Below, in pieces: positions 1 to 11,826 of a stretch of 56,346 nt of DNA. Numbering within the stretch: position 1 is the first letter of the stretch; each line of letters begins with the position of its first letter. The stretch comes from Rhizaria sp. SCN 62-66 (taxonomy: Eukaryota): contig MEDY01000177.1 of assembly GCA_001724265.1 (NCBI GenBank), positions 1-56,346 of the forward strand. Direction: 5' to 3'. A program made the position numbers and the translations under genes. The notes below the pieces were generated by a model. That model had not been told where the DNA came from, did not search any database, and saw nothing but the letters and a program-made list of their open reading frames with translations.

Positions 1-285
1 CTCCTGACGGACGAGACGGAACTTGGGCTCGACGTCGAGGGCGTCCTCGAGGGAGTCGTAGATGGTGGCGAAGCCGGTGGACTTCATGCCGCCGACGTCA
101 GTCTTGAAGCCGAAGACGAAGACAGTCTTCTCGTCAGCAGAGTACATCTTGGCGAGGAGGTCGCGGATGGTCTTCTTGTCGGCAGTGCCGGAGTTGGGGT
201 GGTGGACATCAAGCACCATCTGACGGCGCTTAAGGAGGGTGTTCTTGATCACCTTGCGCGTGCGCACGGAAACCTTGCCAGCCAT
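1..285 (-). CDS. RPS24: 40S ribosomal protein S24 (eS24), 3' end runs off the window
   Basis: Manual translation from the ATG at 285 gives MAGKVSVRTRKVIKNTLLKRRQMVLDVHHPNSGTADKKTIRDLLAKMYSADEKTVFVFGFKTDVGGMKSTGFATIYDSLEDALDVEPKFRLVRQE, which matches eS24 motifs (RTRK..N.LL.R.QM, FGF.T..GG.KS.GFA.IYD, EPK.RL.R). It is not in the ORF track because there is no stop in the window. Confidence 0.95.
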   Translation of the reverse strand, partial: MAGKVSVRTRKVIKNTLLKRRQMVLDVHHPNSGTADKKTIRDLLAKMYSADEKTVFVFGFKTDVGGMKSTGFATIYDSLEDALDVEPKFRLVRQE

Positions 286-797
286 CTATGAGTGGGAGAA
301 ACGCAACAAGCATGAGGAGAAGGGAAAGAAGGAGAAGAAGAAAAGCGAGGAAGAAGAAAGAGAGTGAAAGGGGGTGAGATGGGAACGAAGGGAAGCAGCA
401 GCAGCCGGGGTGGCCATCGAGACTAGAAGAGAACCCCACGACGGGGAGCAAAAGCGAGCGCATGGCAGGACAGGGCGGCGACAATAGCGTCGGTAGACAA
501 TGAGCACATTGCTGAGGAAAGGTCTGACGCTATGGAAATACCCATGACTCAGCGCGGCGCGTTCGTGGCCGCAGAGGACGACCGCCAGAGTGGCCGACTT
601 AGTGGCCGACTTTGTGGTCTGCGCAAGACTAAAGCGTGTCCGGAGCGAGGCAACGGGAACGCACATCTGGGGCGTAAAAGAACCCGCAAATAAATCCGTC
701 CGTAATAAATACGTCAATTTCACTACAAAGATATAGCTAAGGGTTTTACCGCTCAAAAGCTCTGTTTTTGTCCCCACGGTAGTCTGCCCTCACTTAC
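286..797 (-). other. Putative 5'UTR intron of RPS24 (acceptor clear, donor uncertain)
   Basis: On the minus strand a long pyrimidine tract ends in CATAG immediately before the ATG. The only strong donor I noticed upstream is GG|GTAAGT at 797, but the true donor may be closer. Confidence 0.4.
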
Positions 798-1211
798 CCC
801 TGCGGCTTAACTTTGCCCGGGCTCGCCGACTTTATGCGAACCAGACGCAGCGGTCAGAATGTGACAGACTCACTCAATCGATAGATCGACCCAAGAAACT
901 TCTTTTAAACTTACTCCAATGCCTGCAGACGGCATGTAATACTTATTTTATTTTGAAATCGTGATTTAGCGCCTATGATACCTTGGACCATCTGCTTTAT
1001 GAACCTATTGACGATCAAATGATAGAGATACTGAGTGGATTCTACTTGAAGAAATGGTCTCTGAATCCTCTTTGGCCACATGCATTTCTGACGCCCGGCT
1101 AAACTATATCTTCTTCTATTCGCGCCGTTCTTTATTGCAGTAGAACTACCGTTGACTTATACTTCCTTGTGAAGTTTCACCTGAGTCAGTGGCTGTCTTG
1201 CCCTTTTCGTG

Positions 1212-4200
1212 ATGCAGTCTGCCTCGCGGGCCGCCCGTTCGCTGGTGGCCCAGCTCAAGCGGCTATCCCCTCACAGCCCCGCAAACCGCGTTCATGACCT
1301 TCCATCACTCCGAAATTACTTTACTCGCACCAAGTCGATCGGAGTTGTACTGGTTTCACGGACTCCAGCGCCTGTGTCGCTCGTCCCACGCCGCACCATC
1401 ACCCGTTCGCTCCAGCTGTCAGCGTCTCGCCCAGTCCTCGCTCCCGTGTCCTTCGCCTCCCTCGCCACCTCCACAGCCTCCGACGGGGCCTCCCCGGCCC
1501 CCGCGCCGTTAGCCGCGCCCGCGAAGCTCGACTATTCTGACGCAGTCCCGTCCTCGACGCTCCGCGACTCGCTGGCGCTGCGGCAGCTGCTGTACGAGTT
1601 CCGCAGCCACGGCCATGCATACGCGCGGACGGACCCGCTTGCGCCCACGCTCGCCGCGCTCACGCGGCAACGCGCTCTGCAGCAGCAACAATAGCAGCAG
1701 AAGCAGCAAGCGCAAGAGCATGAGCATGAGAGTGCGGCATCGCCGAGCGCGGCAGCGCCCTTTGTCGCCCCCGTCACGCCGCTGGACCCGCCCGAGGCCG
1801 GCGGCGTGTGCCCACTGCTGCCCGCGCTGCTCAACGCGATGGCGCACTTTGGCGTGTCGGAGTACCGCGTGACGCCGGCCGCCAGGCGGCGCCGACGGGA
1901 GCGGCGAGAGCGCGCGCGCGCCGCCGCAGAGGCCGCGGTGGCAGCGGTCTCTGCCTCGACTACGGCGTCAGCACCGGCGTCAGCGTCTGGCGTCAGTCGC
2001 GGTCAAGGTAAAACTGCTGGTGCTGACGCGAGTTCTGGTGGCGTGTTGGGCGCGAATGAAGCTGTGCCGGTGTCGCTGGCGCGCACTGGAGAACAGGCTG
2101 AGAAGCTGCGGGCGCTCGAGCTCAAGCAGAAACAGCAACAGGAGCAGCTAAACGGTAACGACAATGACGACGACGACGATATCGACGACGATCGCGGCTA
2201 TCCCAACAACAGCAACGACATCGACTGCGACCAGAGCGATAACAGTGCTGCCATGGCAAACAACGCCCGTGGTGCGAGCGTAGACATCGCCTCGTCGCCG
2301 CCGCTGGCGCGTCTGGCGGCCGTGCTCGAGTCTGCGCCCGCGCGGCGCCCGTCGCGGCCGCCCACGGCGCGCGAGGAGACGATGCTGCGCGACGCCGGGC
2401 TGTGGCATCTGCTGCTGGAGCCCGCCACGCCCGTTTACCTCGGCGCGCAGCTGCTGCCGGGCTTCCACGCGCAGGATGCGGGCAACAATGGCGCCGATGG
2501 CGTCACTAACACCGCCAGCGCGGTTAATAGCGACGGCAGCGGCGGGAGCGGCGGGGGCTTGGTTGCGGCGAGCGCGAGCACAGACAAAGAGTGGTGGTCT
2601 GTGGGCGAAGTGCTGGAACTCATGCGTCGCGCGTACACCGGCCGCACGGGCGTCGAGTACGTGCACCTGGCCGACCGCGCGCAGGGACTGTGGGTACGCG
2701 ACCAGGCCGAGGCGGACGCTTACTACGCCATGATGCGGCAGAACTACCTCTACCTGACAGAAACGCTCACGCCGCAAAGCAACGCCACCGCTAGTCCGAA
2801 TGGACACAGCGCATCGAGTGCTCCGAGCGGAAGGTTTGGGGTCGGTGCCTCCGCCGCAGTTGCGAGGCGCGCGCTGGCGCCGTCGACGCTTGCGCCCGCG
2901 TTTGCGCATTTTGCGCACACGCACGGGATTAAGAAAGAATCGCAGTCAAACCCTGATGCTGCGACTGCAGCAACAAAGAGCACGGCAAACTCTAAGAGTA
3001 TCGATGGCACGAAGGACGGCGACGCAAAGGCTGCGGCCAGCGCCGCTAGTGCTGACCACGCAGAGGACTCGGCGGCGGCGAGCGCCACCCCTGCAGCTCT
3101 GACGCACGGCGGCGCCTTCACACGGTCGATCAGCTCGATGGCGTTCCTGGCGTCGCGCGCCGAGGCCGAGTCACCGGCGTCCTTCCTCACGCGAGCGCTG
3201 CGGTCCATCGCGGGCCTGCCTTCGCTCATCGCGCTGCTGCCGCAGCCGACGGCACCGCCGTTACAGCCACATTCACAGTCACCGGCGCAGCCGCAGTCGC
3301 CTGACTATAGCGCGTCTCAGAGCCCGACTAGCGCTCAAAGCGGTGTAAACGCAAGTCCGACTGTGAGTGGGAGTGGCACTGTCCGCAAGCCGCCGCCGCC
3401 GTCTCTGGCCCCGTCCGCCTCTGACCGGCTGGCCCTGCTCTCGGCTCTGGCCACCGCAGAGGCCTTCGAGACCGCGCTTCAGACGTCGTATCCCGGCGCG
3501 AAGCGGTTCTCGCTGGAGGGCGCAGAGGCGCTTGTGCCGCTTGTACAGGTGCTGTTGAGCGCGTCCGCGATCGGCTCTCCCGCACCGTGCATTAACAACA
3601 GCAACGCCGGCAACAGTAGTGATTTTACGTCATCCAGTGCTTCTGAGTCGAGTGTACTCGGTGCCAGTATCACCAATGCACCTCACACTGCGAGGGTCGG
3701 CGAGGTTGTATTTGGCATGGCCCACCGTGGACGTCTAGCACTGCTGGCGTGCGTTATGGGCAAAGCCAGCGAGGTATTCGCGCAGTTCATCTCTGGCGCA
3801 CGTGCTCCTTCTGTGACGAACAGCGGTGCGACCGCAAACAACACAGACGCAGATGGCAACGCGCTCGGTCCCAGTGCTTCTACGAGCAGCGTGAACGAGG
3901 CCGGCGATGTCAAGTATCACTTGGGAGCGCAAACCACAGTCTGGGTGCCAATTCCCTCAAACAACAACGCTAATAGTTCTGGCAGCACGACAGCAGCGCC
4001 TGATAGTGAGTGTGCTGACGAAGCTTGCACTGCAACTGTGCCATTGAAGCTGTCTCTCGTGCCCAACCCCTCGCACCTCGAACTCGTTGGGCCCGTCGTC
4101 GCCGGCGTCGTGCGGGCGCGGCACACGTACCGGCCTTACATCGACAAGCACTCCGTCTTTGCGACGGCCGACGTCAATGCCAGCGTAGGTGACAACAGCG

Positions 4201-7200
4201 GTGGCTCGGGTCCTGTAGCAGCGGGCGCCGGCTCTGTCTCCAGTCTCCCTCTCTCCGACTCTGGCTCCACCCCCGCGACCGAGCCCGGCGCCGGCGTGCT
4301 GGCCATCGTGCTCCACGGCGACGGCTCTTTTGCCGGCCAGGGCCTCGTCTCCGAGACGCTCGGCCTGACCGAACTCGCGCCCTACGCCGCCGACGGCGCC
4401 ATCCACATCGTCGTCAACAACCAGATTGCCTTCACGACGCCGCCGCACCACGGCCGCACTTCGCTGCACCCCACCGACGTCGCGCGCGTGGTCGGAGCGC
4501 CGATCCTGCACGTCAACGCCGACGACGTGGACTCGGTATACCGCGTCGCGCGGCAGGCGGCGGCCTTCCGCGCGCGCTTCAAGCGCTCCGTGATCATCGA
4601 CCTGGTGTGCTACCGCCGGCGCGGGCACAACGAGCAGGACGACCCGTCGTTCACGCAGCCCGAGCGCCACGCCGCGCTGGCGCGTCACCCCGCGGCCGCC
4701 ATCGCCTACGCGCGGCGGCTTGTGCGCGACGGCGTGTGCACGCCCGAGGACGTGATCGCGATTGGCGAGCGGGCGCGCGCGGCGGTCGCGGCTGCGCACG
4801 AGGCCGCGCGCGCGAGCGTCGACGCCGACTCCGCTGCACCGGCTGACGCGACTGATACTACAGTTGCTGACGAGAGGAAAGGAGCGGCTGAGAATAATAA
4901 TGCTGCGACCAAGGAAAATGCGAACGGATGTGCGAATACCTCTGAAGTTCCACTGACCCGCGCCGTCGCAGACGCGACTGGAGTCTCTCTCGCCCCGTCT
5001 ACATTCCTGGCTCAAAGGCTGTCTTACCAACCCCGTTTCGACACTTTTGGAAAACGGTTGTCGAGCGGTGACTCTCAGCTGTCTACCGCCGTTGCGATTC
5101 TTGAGCACGTGCTCGCCTGCTCCCGTGGCCGTTCCGCCCCCCGCACCGGTCTGCAGCGCTCCGAGGCGCTTGCAGTGGCCGAGGACCTGTGCACTGCGCC
5201 CAGCGGCGGGCACTTCCGGCTGCACCCCGGCGAGCTCACAGTGCTGCAGCAGCGGCGCCGCATGCTCGTCGACTGCGCGCGGCCCGTATCCTGGGCCGCA
5301 GCCGAGGCCCTCGCGTTGGGCGCGGTCGTGCGGGCGGGCGCGCACGTGCGGCTCACGGGGCAGGACGTCGAGCGCGGGACCTTCTCGCAACGCCACGCCG
5401 TCGTCGTCAACCAGGACTGCGAGGCCGAGAAGGTGACGCTACTGCACGGTGTGCGCACGCTGCCCGCGCCCGCCGCCGCGCGCCGCGACCTCGCCGGCCG
5501 TGCGGCCCCGGCGCCGGTGATTGCCAACAGTCCGCTGTCCGAGGCCGCCGCACTGGGGTTCGAATACGGCTACGACCTGGCGGCGGCGCCGCGGCAGCGG
5601 CTGGTGCTGTGGGAGGCGCAGTTCGGCGACTTTGCCAACTGCGCGCAGACGGTGATTGACTGCTACCTCGCCGCGGGGGCCGCCAAGTGGGGCGCGCGGT
5701 CCGGGCTCGTGGTGCTTTTGCCGCACGGGCTAGAGGGACAGGGCCCGGACCACTCGTCGGCCCGACCCGAGAGGCTGCTGCAGCTCGTCGACGAGCCCGT
5801 GTACACGCTGGACGCCGATAGCAACGGCAGCAGCGAGGTGAGTCTTGATGACGTCAGTGTCCTTGTCGAGAACGCTGCGATCGAGTCGCTGCGAAATTTG
5901 CGCTTTTCGCTCGGGCTCAATATCACTGCCGGCGACCGTGTAGCGGCGGATGGGCTGCGTGTGTTGTTGCGCGAAGGCCGTCGACGGGCGCGATTGAACT
6001 CTCCGCTCTCAGTTGCTGCTGCTTCCGCCACGGAGGCAGCGCCCGGCTTAGAGCTGGGGCTTGGACTGAGCTCAGGTCCGTTTGAGCGCGCTTCGCTGGG
6101 TGCGCAACGCGACATCAACGCTGGAGTGCTCGGACTCGGCTTCCGACTAAACTCTAACTCCAGCGACGCGACCACCACCAATGCAAGCATGAATGCGGGC
6201 AACACTGTGAACAGCTCGAGCGAGAACACGAACTGTGATAGCGAGGGCATTTGCGACGAGGACATCGACACACTCATGGCGCTTCTCTCCAACAACAACA
6301 CGACCGTTGACGACTACGGCGCACCCTCGTATTGCGACATGGCGTGGCGCCGCGCAGCCCGCTCCCTCCGCGCTTACACCGCCGCGCAGGCTGTGAACAT
6401 CGCCGTCGCATCTCCGTCTACGCCCGCACAGTATTTCCACCTGCTCCGCCGCCAGGCCGCGGCACCCACGGGCCCGCTATTCGTGCTGACGCCCAAATCA
6501 CTGCTGCACGACCGGGCCTGCGTGTCTGAAATGGCCGCGATGGGGCCCGGGACCGCGTTCGAGCCCGTGTTGGTGGAACGCCGCGGGGCCAGCATTAGTG
6601 CGGATGCGCTCTGCGACGGCGTCGGCTTGCTGACCGCAGAAGAGCTTCAAAGTATTGAGAGTGAAAACGTCGGTGACGACGCCGGTACTGGGTCTGGTGG
6701 TCGATCTGATGCTGGTGCTGATGATGGGACTGCGGTGGCGAAGGCCGCTGTCGTTGCTGTACGTGGCGCTACTCATGTCTGGTTTTGCACTGGCAAGGCC
6801 TACTACTCCCTTGTCCTGCCTGCGCTCGCGTCCCTCGCGAACTCTACTGTCTCAAAAAACCCTTCGCGGACCGCGGCGGCCGACGTCCTCGTCGTGCGCC
6901 TCGAGCAGCTCTCCCCGTTCCCCACAGAGTCCGTCGTCGCGCTGCTCGCCGCGGCGGGCCCGCAGGCGCGCGTGCGCTGGGTGCAGGAGGAGCCGGCCAA
7001 CCAGGGCTGCTGGGGCTACGTGCAGCCGCGGCTGGACGCTCTGCTGCGCGTACAACGATCGGCTCAGGTATTCTTGAGTGATGACGCGGCTCTCGACAGC
7101 AGTGGCGATATAAGGCATGTATGCGCGAGGGCTGGCGGTGTCCGGGTGGCGTACACAGGCAGGCCTGCCGCGGCCGCCGCGGCGGGAGGCTCCATGGCGC

Positions 7201-7283
7201 AACACAAAGCGGAGGAAGAAGCGATGCGCAGTATGTTAGTGCGCTCAGTCCTTGAGCACAAATATGTCTTTCCGAGTGACTGA
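1212..7283 (+). CDS. OGDH: 2-oxoglutarate dehydrogenase E1 component, mitochondrial (about 2023 aa; one in-frame TAG at 1692-1694)
   Basis: ORFs 1209..1694 and 1806..7283 share a frame and are separated only by a TAG. The first has an Arg/Ser-rich presequence and LLYEFRSHGHAYARTDPL (the OGDH N-terminal RGH..A.LDPL motif). The second has KRFSLEG, GMAHRGRL, GDVKYHLG, NPSHLE, HGDGSFAGQG..NNQIAFTT (ThDP motif), RRGHNE, GQDVERGTFSQRH, WEAQFGDF, HSSARPERLLQ and QEEPANQG. It ends TGA TGA. Confidence 0.93.
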
Positions 7284-7468
7284 TGATTCAAAACGAATAA
7301 TTTATTTATTGTCTTGTTCACAACTTATCCACAATAGCTCTCCAAAATCTTTTTAATACATCTATATTAATATCACCTTCATTCTTGTCAGTATCGGCTG
7401 GTAGTGTCGACGGCTACCTCTTTCTCTCGTTGTTCTGTTCCAAAATATCTTGGCGTGCATCCTTCAAT

Positions 7469-8295
7469 ATGAACGCTGAAGACGCATTTGAAAAGGACGG
7501 TGAAGGCGGTAATGGTACGTATTTTTGCATTTTTGAAATAACACTGCTGTATTGCACACGGCGTCCCAACGCACTCACTAGTTAAGCCAACTCTTCCTTC
7601 CTTCATTGTAGACGGTCTGGGCGTCCCCGCGGCCGCTGCAGCGCGTTTAAAGCCACTACGTTACACCGCTGAGCTGGATATCGCCATTCTCGAGAGCGTT
7701 TTGCGCAACAATGTGTGCGTTGCGCGCCACGGCGCAGTCGCGGCCTCTTGGACCAACGTCGCGTCCGAAGTGCAGCCGCTGGTGCCTGACTCCGCGGCTC
7801 TGGTCGAGCCACGCAAGCTGCAGGACCGCCTTCGGCGCATGCTGGGACTTTTTTACACCGACAACATGTCCCCTATCGAGAACCACACTTCGCCCGCCCT
7901 CAACGAGCGCCGCCGTAGACTGATCGCGCAGATCGGCGAGCTCGAGTCGGCCCGCAAGCGCCACCGCGCACGCTTCCGTGGCGCCGGCGAGAACGCAGTC
8001 GCGCACATCCCGCTGCCGGGCATCGTGCCCGTCTTGCTGCCCACCGCGCTGATGCTGCACGACCAGGACGACGGGCACGCCGGCGGCCCGCTGCTCGCGC
8101 CGCCGCCGCTGTCGGCGTCCCAGCTCGCGCACCACCACCTGCACCCGCAATCTGGGCTGATCACCGGCGCCGGCGGCGACGAGCTGGCGGCGCTGTCGCT
8201 GTCTTCCTACGACGCCGCCGCGCTTGCAGGTATGTCATCAGGCGCGTCCTCCGTCTCTGACTCGGCCGCTGACTCCGCTGCCGACTCCTCCACAG

Positions 8296-8326
<31 letters not shown>

Positions 8327-9672
8327 GGGCTCCGCCGCCGTACCACCGACTGTCGCAGCCGCGGGCACGCCCGGCGCGGCGCTGTCGCTGGCGATCGCGG
8401 CCTCACAGCTGGGCTTGTCGTTCGCGCCCGCCGCGCTGTCCACGAGCGCGGGCGCCGAGGCGCTGTTCCGCGCGGTCTCGGCTCAGGTCGAGCGCGCGGA
8501 GCGGGAGCTGCAGGCGCGCATGCGAGTGCTGGCTGCGGCGCGCGCGCACGCCGTGGCGACGCTGGCGCGCGAGGAGGAGTAGCTGGCCGCCGAGGCGGGG
8601 CGTCGCCGCGACCGCGCGCGGTCCATGCTCGACGTCGCCAACGCCACGCAGCAGCCGCAGCAGCCGTCGCCGGTGCCGGGGCGCGAGGACCACGCGCACG
8701 CGCACGGACACGCGCATGCAATGGCGCTCACCCCGAGTCCCACCTCGGCCTCCAACGCACACCAGTCGCACGGCCAGTCTCACAGCACCCCCGCCGTGAC
8801 GGTTTCGGCCGTGGCGGCGGCGGCAGCCGCGGCGGCGGCGGCGGCATCGGCGAACGCGCCGTCCGCGCGCGTGCCCTTCCCCCTCGCCGTCGCGGCGCCA
8901 CCGTCTAGCGCAGTCTCGGCCGCGGTGTCCGACTCACGGCTCGCGGCCATGGCGGCGGCGGCGGCGGCGGCGGCGGCCAAGGCGGCCGCGGGGCCCGGTC
9001 CGGGCTCGGCCGCCGTGGGCCCCGGGCTTGGGTCCAGCGCGAGCGCGAGCGCAATCGCCGCGGCGGCTGCGGCCGCGACGGCAGCGGGCGGCCACCCCGG
9101 CGGCGGCTCCGGCAGTCACGGCCCCGACTAGAGTGGCCTGCGCTCCCTTCACACCAACAGCCACTCTCTCGGCAACAGCAGCAGTAGTAACAGTGGTGGC
9201 GCGAACAGCGCGAGCGGCCGCGGCGGCCGCGGCGGCCGCGGCGCTGGCACAGCCGACCCCAACGTTGGCGACAGCGGCGACAGCGGCGGCAACAGCAACA
9301 TCAACAGCAACAGCAACAGCAGGCAGTCTGCGCTCGCTGCGACCACCGCGACCGCCGCGACCACCGCGGCCACGGCGGCGGCGGCGGCGGCCGGAGCACG
9401 GCCGGCGCAAGGCAGGACACGCGCCGCCGCTGCGAACAGCAGCATCGCGCTGACGCCGACCGGCGCTGCGCTGGCGCTGCCCGCGCTTCCTGCGGTCACT
9501 GGCGCGGTGGCGGGCGCTGACGCCTCCGCTGCCGCTGCTGCTGCTGTGGGCCAAATGCTCGCAGCGCAGCAAGGCCTGATGCAGACGGAGCCGCCGCAAA
9601 TGCAGATGACGCTGCAACAACTGCAGCATTTGCAGCACTTGCAGCAGATCCAGCATCACATGCAACAGCAAC

Positions 9673-9703
<31 letters not shown>

Positions 9704-9707
9704 GTAA
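7469..9707 (+). CDS. Myb/SANT-like (trihelix-type) DNA-binding protein with Ala/Gln-rich tail; exons 7469-7514 and 7612-9707; in-frame TAGs at 8580-8582 and 9129-9131
   Basis: ATG 7469 and a phase-1 intron join into the frame shared by ORFs 7701..8582, 8625..9131 and 9507..9707. The N-terminal RYTAELDIAILESVL..RHGAVAASWTNVASEV..PRKLQDRLRRML resembles a Myb/SANT-like domain. It ends at TAA 9705-9707, or at TGA 9732-9734 if that TAA is not the stop. Confidence 0.7.
7515..7611 (+). other. Spliceosomal intron (97 nt)
   Basis: G|GTACGT ... pyrimidine tract TTGTAG|AC; AT-rich; splicing restores the frame (GAC). Confidence 0.8.
8298..8324 (+). repeat. (GCC)9 coding microsatellite (poly-Ala)
   Basis: Read directly from the sequence; one of many GCN triplet runs in coding regions. 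Confidence 0.9.
9663..9701 (+). repeat. CAA/CAG poly-Gln tract (13 codons)
   Basis: Read directly from the sequence. Confidence 0.9.
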
Positions 9708-11262
9708 CAACAGCATGGTGACAACACTGTGTGATAGCTGGACGACTGACTGTGCACTTTTCATCTCATTTCCCCCTTCGAACCGAACCTATTTGTTTTC
9801 CTATTTTTTCCTCGTCGTTCCCGGCCCTTTCTCCCGACGCCCGCAGTCAGAGATTCCTACTCACCCTCCCCTCACTTATCTGTTGGAACCCATTGCTCCT
9901 ATACCACTGACTCACAATCGCATGCTCCAACGCCCACCCTATTTTGAAGATACCTAGTTTAGTCTGAATTGCAGGTTTTTGTATCTCGTTATCCCTTCAT
10001 ATAAGTCCCCGGTTTTGTTTCTGTCTTCCTTATTCCTCGATGTTGCAACCAGTCATACCCTTGACGTCGCATTGCCCTGCCTGTCTAGATTCCATGACTT
10101 TTAATTTCAGCTTGTTTTATCTCAGCTTGTTTTAAGTTTATTTTTTTGATTGTATAGTTCACCATTATTTTTTTGCTGTTAACTATATTTGCATCTCTTT
10201 TTTTAAATTCCTCATCCTTCTGTATACGTATGCTCATGGTTTGTCTCCCTCTTGTATCATCATCTTTGTCCCGTCTTTCAGGTGTTGTGTCTCCGTATCT
10301 GCTTGCGCTTCTTGGTCTTGCGCATTTTATCAGATTTACTTGCATTTATTGCCAGTACATATGTTTCTCTCCCACTTTACTGTTTTATTGTGTTGTTTGT
10401 ATGTTCTTGTGTTCTTTTCTTCCTCCTTTCCTTTTCAAAAATGTACTTAATATGTAATTTTTCTGCACAATGTGTGTCGATCGCGCTTTACAACCCCTCA
10501 CAATTACTCAGTCTCCTGGTTTCACAGTCACATCACTCCCCACTGCCGATGTCTCTGCCTCTGTCTTGCAGTGTTGTCCTGTGTTTAGTGATACTAGCCT
10601 CGACTGCGACTCAACTACTGCGATATCGATGGAGGGAAAGAGTGGTTCATTGAGCTTCTTTCAAATCACACTCCCGCCCCCACGTCGACGCACACGTGCA
10701 CCACAGTGACCCGAACACGAATGTCTGCATCTCAATCATGTTTTTGTCTTATCTCTGTTTTCTTTTTTCCCCTTGCGAAGTTCTCCCCACTAACTATTAG
10801 TTTCACATTAACAGTTTTTATTACTCGATGTATTACCTCTCGCGTGAATCTTCTCATTTTTATTTCTGCCCTTCACGTGTATCTTATTTTGTCAAACTCA
10901 TGTACGTTTGTTTGCCCGTGCTTCTTTGCGCTGTTTTTCTTGCATTTACGATTTTATGTGATAAGCGCAAATGCAATGCATGTGTGTTGTCGCTCCTGTC
11001 TGTCAGCGTGCTTGCATTGTGCAACCATGACAGCAGAGCGCACACGTGTCACGATCATGTTTCATATATTAGTACAACTGTTAGTAAATAGATTTCTATT
11101 CTTTCCGACCCTCGGCAACCGTCCTTAGATAAACTCTTCACTAGTCAACACATAAACTCTCCCTAAGTGTTCATCTTCAGAGCCCGAAAAGTGGAGGTAA
11201 TCAGCCCACATATGCCTATAGACGTGGATCAGTATCTCGTGTATTAAGTCTACTGTGCACAA

Positions 11263-11826
11263 TTATTCGTTCTTGGCGCCCTTGCCCGCGGCGAGGATCT
11301 TGCGCCCGAAGAACGCGAACACGAAGAGGGGGCCCACGAGCCAAATCGCGTTGGGAATCACGTACATCTGCACGACCGTGGACAGCGGGCTGTGCGAGAC
11401 GTGCGCGAAGCCGGCATAGATGTCGATGATCCACTTGAGGATGGACTTGCCAAACTGCATCGAGGTTGCGATAAGCGCGACGAGGTCGGAGCGCTGGGGC
11501 AGCGCGAGCTGCTGCGGAGTCTGGCGCTGCTCGGATGGGTGCAGAACGAACATGGCGATGGCCAGGATGGCGTTCTCGACAAGGCACATGGTCGACACGG
11601 CCCAGCCAAGGGGGTTCTTGACGTCGGCGTAGTCGCTGTCGACGGCCATGTAGGCGTGGATGGCGGGGAACATGAAGCCCAGCTTACCCTCGGGGAAGGA
11701 CAGCGGGCGCAGAAGGATGAATGCGCAATCGAAGGAGATCACGACGAGCTGAACCCAGAACCACACGCGCAACCACATGGGCCACGAGTCGGGCTGGGCC
11801 TTAGCAGCGGCCTTCGCAGAAGCCAT
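11263..11826 (-). CDS. EXPERA/emopamil-binding-protein-like membrane protein (187 aa)
   Basis: About four hydrophobic helices, with WF..DCAFILLRP, Y..VD.DY, VEN, KS.L.W and YVIPNAIWLV.P motifs typical of EXPERA/EBP-like proteins. ATG 11826, TAA stop. Confidence 0.7.
   Translation of the reverse strand: MASAKAAAKAQPDSWPMWLRVWFWVQLVVISFDCAFILLRPLSFPEGKLGFMFPAIHAYMAVDSDYADVKNPLGWAVSTMCLVENAILAIAMFVLHPSEQRQTPQQLALPQRSDLVALIATSMQFGKSILKWIIDIYAGFAHVSHSPLSTVVQMYVIPNAIWLVGPLFVFAFFGRKILAAGKGAKNE

Noticed and set aside
492-545. Hammerhead ribozyme (CTGAGGA ... GAAA after a hairpin)
   Set aside because: Stem II cannot form and the required U of the NUH cleavage triplet is absent.
1692-1694. Pyrrolysine insertion or A-to-I editing (UAG to Trp)
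   Set aside because: Pyrrolysine is not known in eukaryotes and no pyl genes are present. The sites are non-catalytic Gln-rich or low-complexity positions where Trp is implausible. Editing is formally excluded only by RNA data.
3957-5396. Long antisense or alternate-frame ORFs (e.g. 3957..5396, 24583..25713, 39341..40636, 51235..52122)
   Set aside because: These are shadows of GC-rich coding sequence on the other strand or frame, with no independent motifs.
9735-11200. Hydrophobic ORFs in T-rich DNA (also 50589-51162)
   Set aside because: The Phe/Leu/Cys-rich translations come from U-rich 3'UTR-like composition, and their codon usage is unlike that of the real genes.
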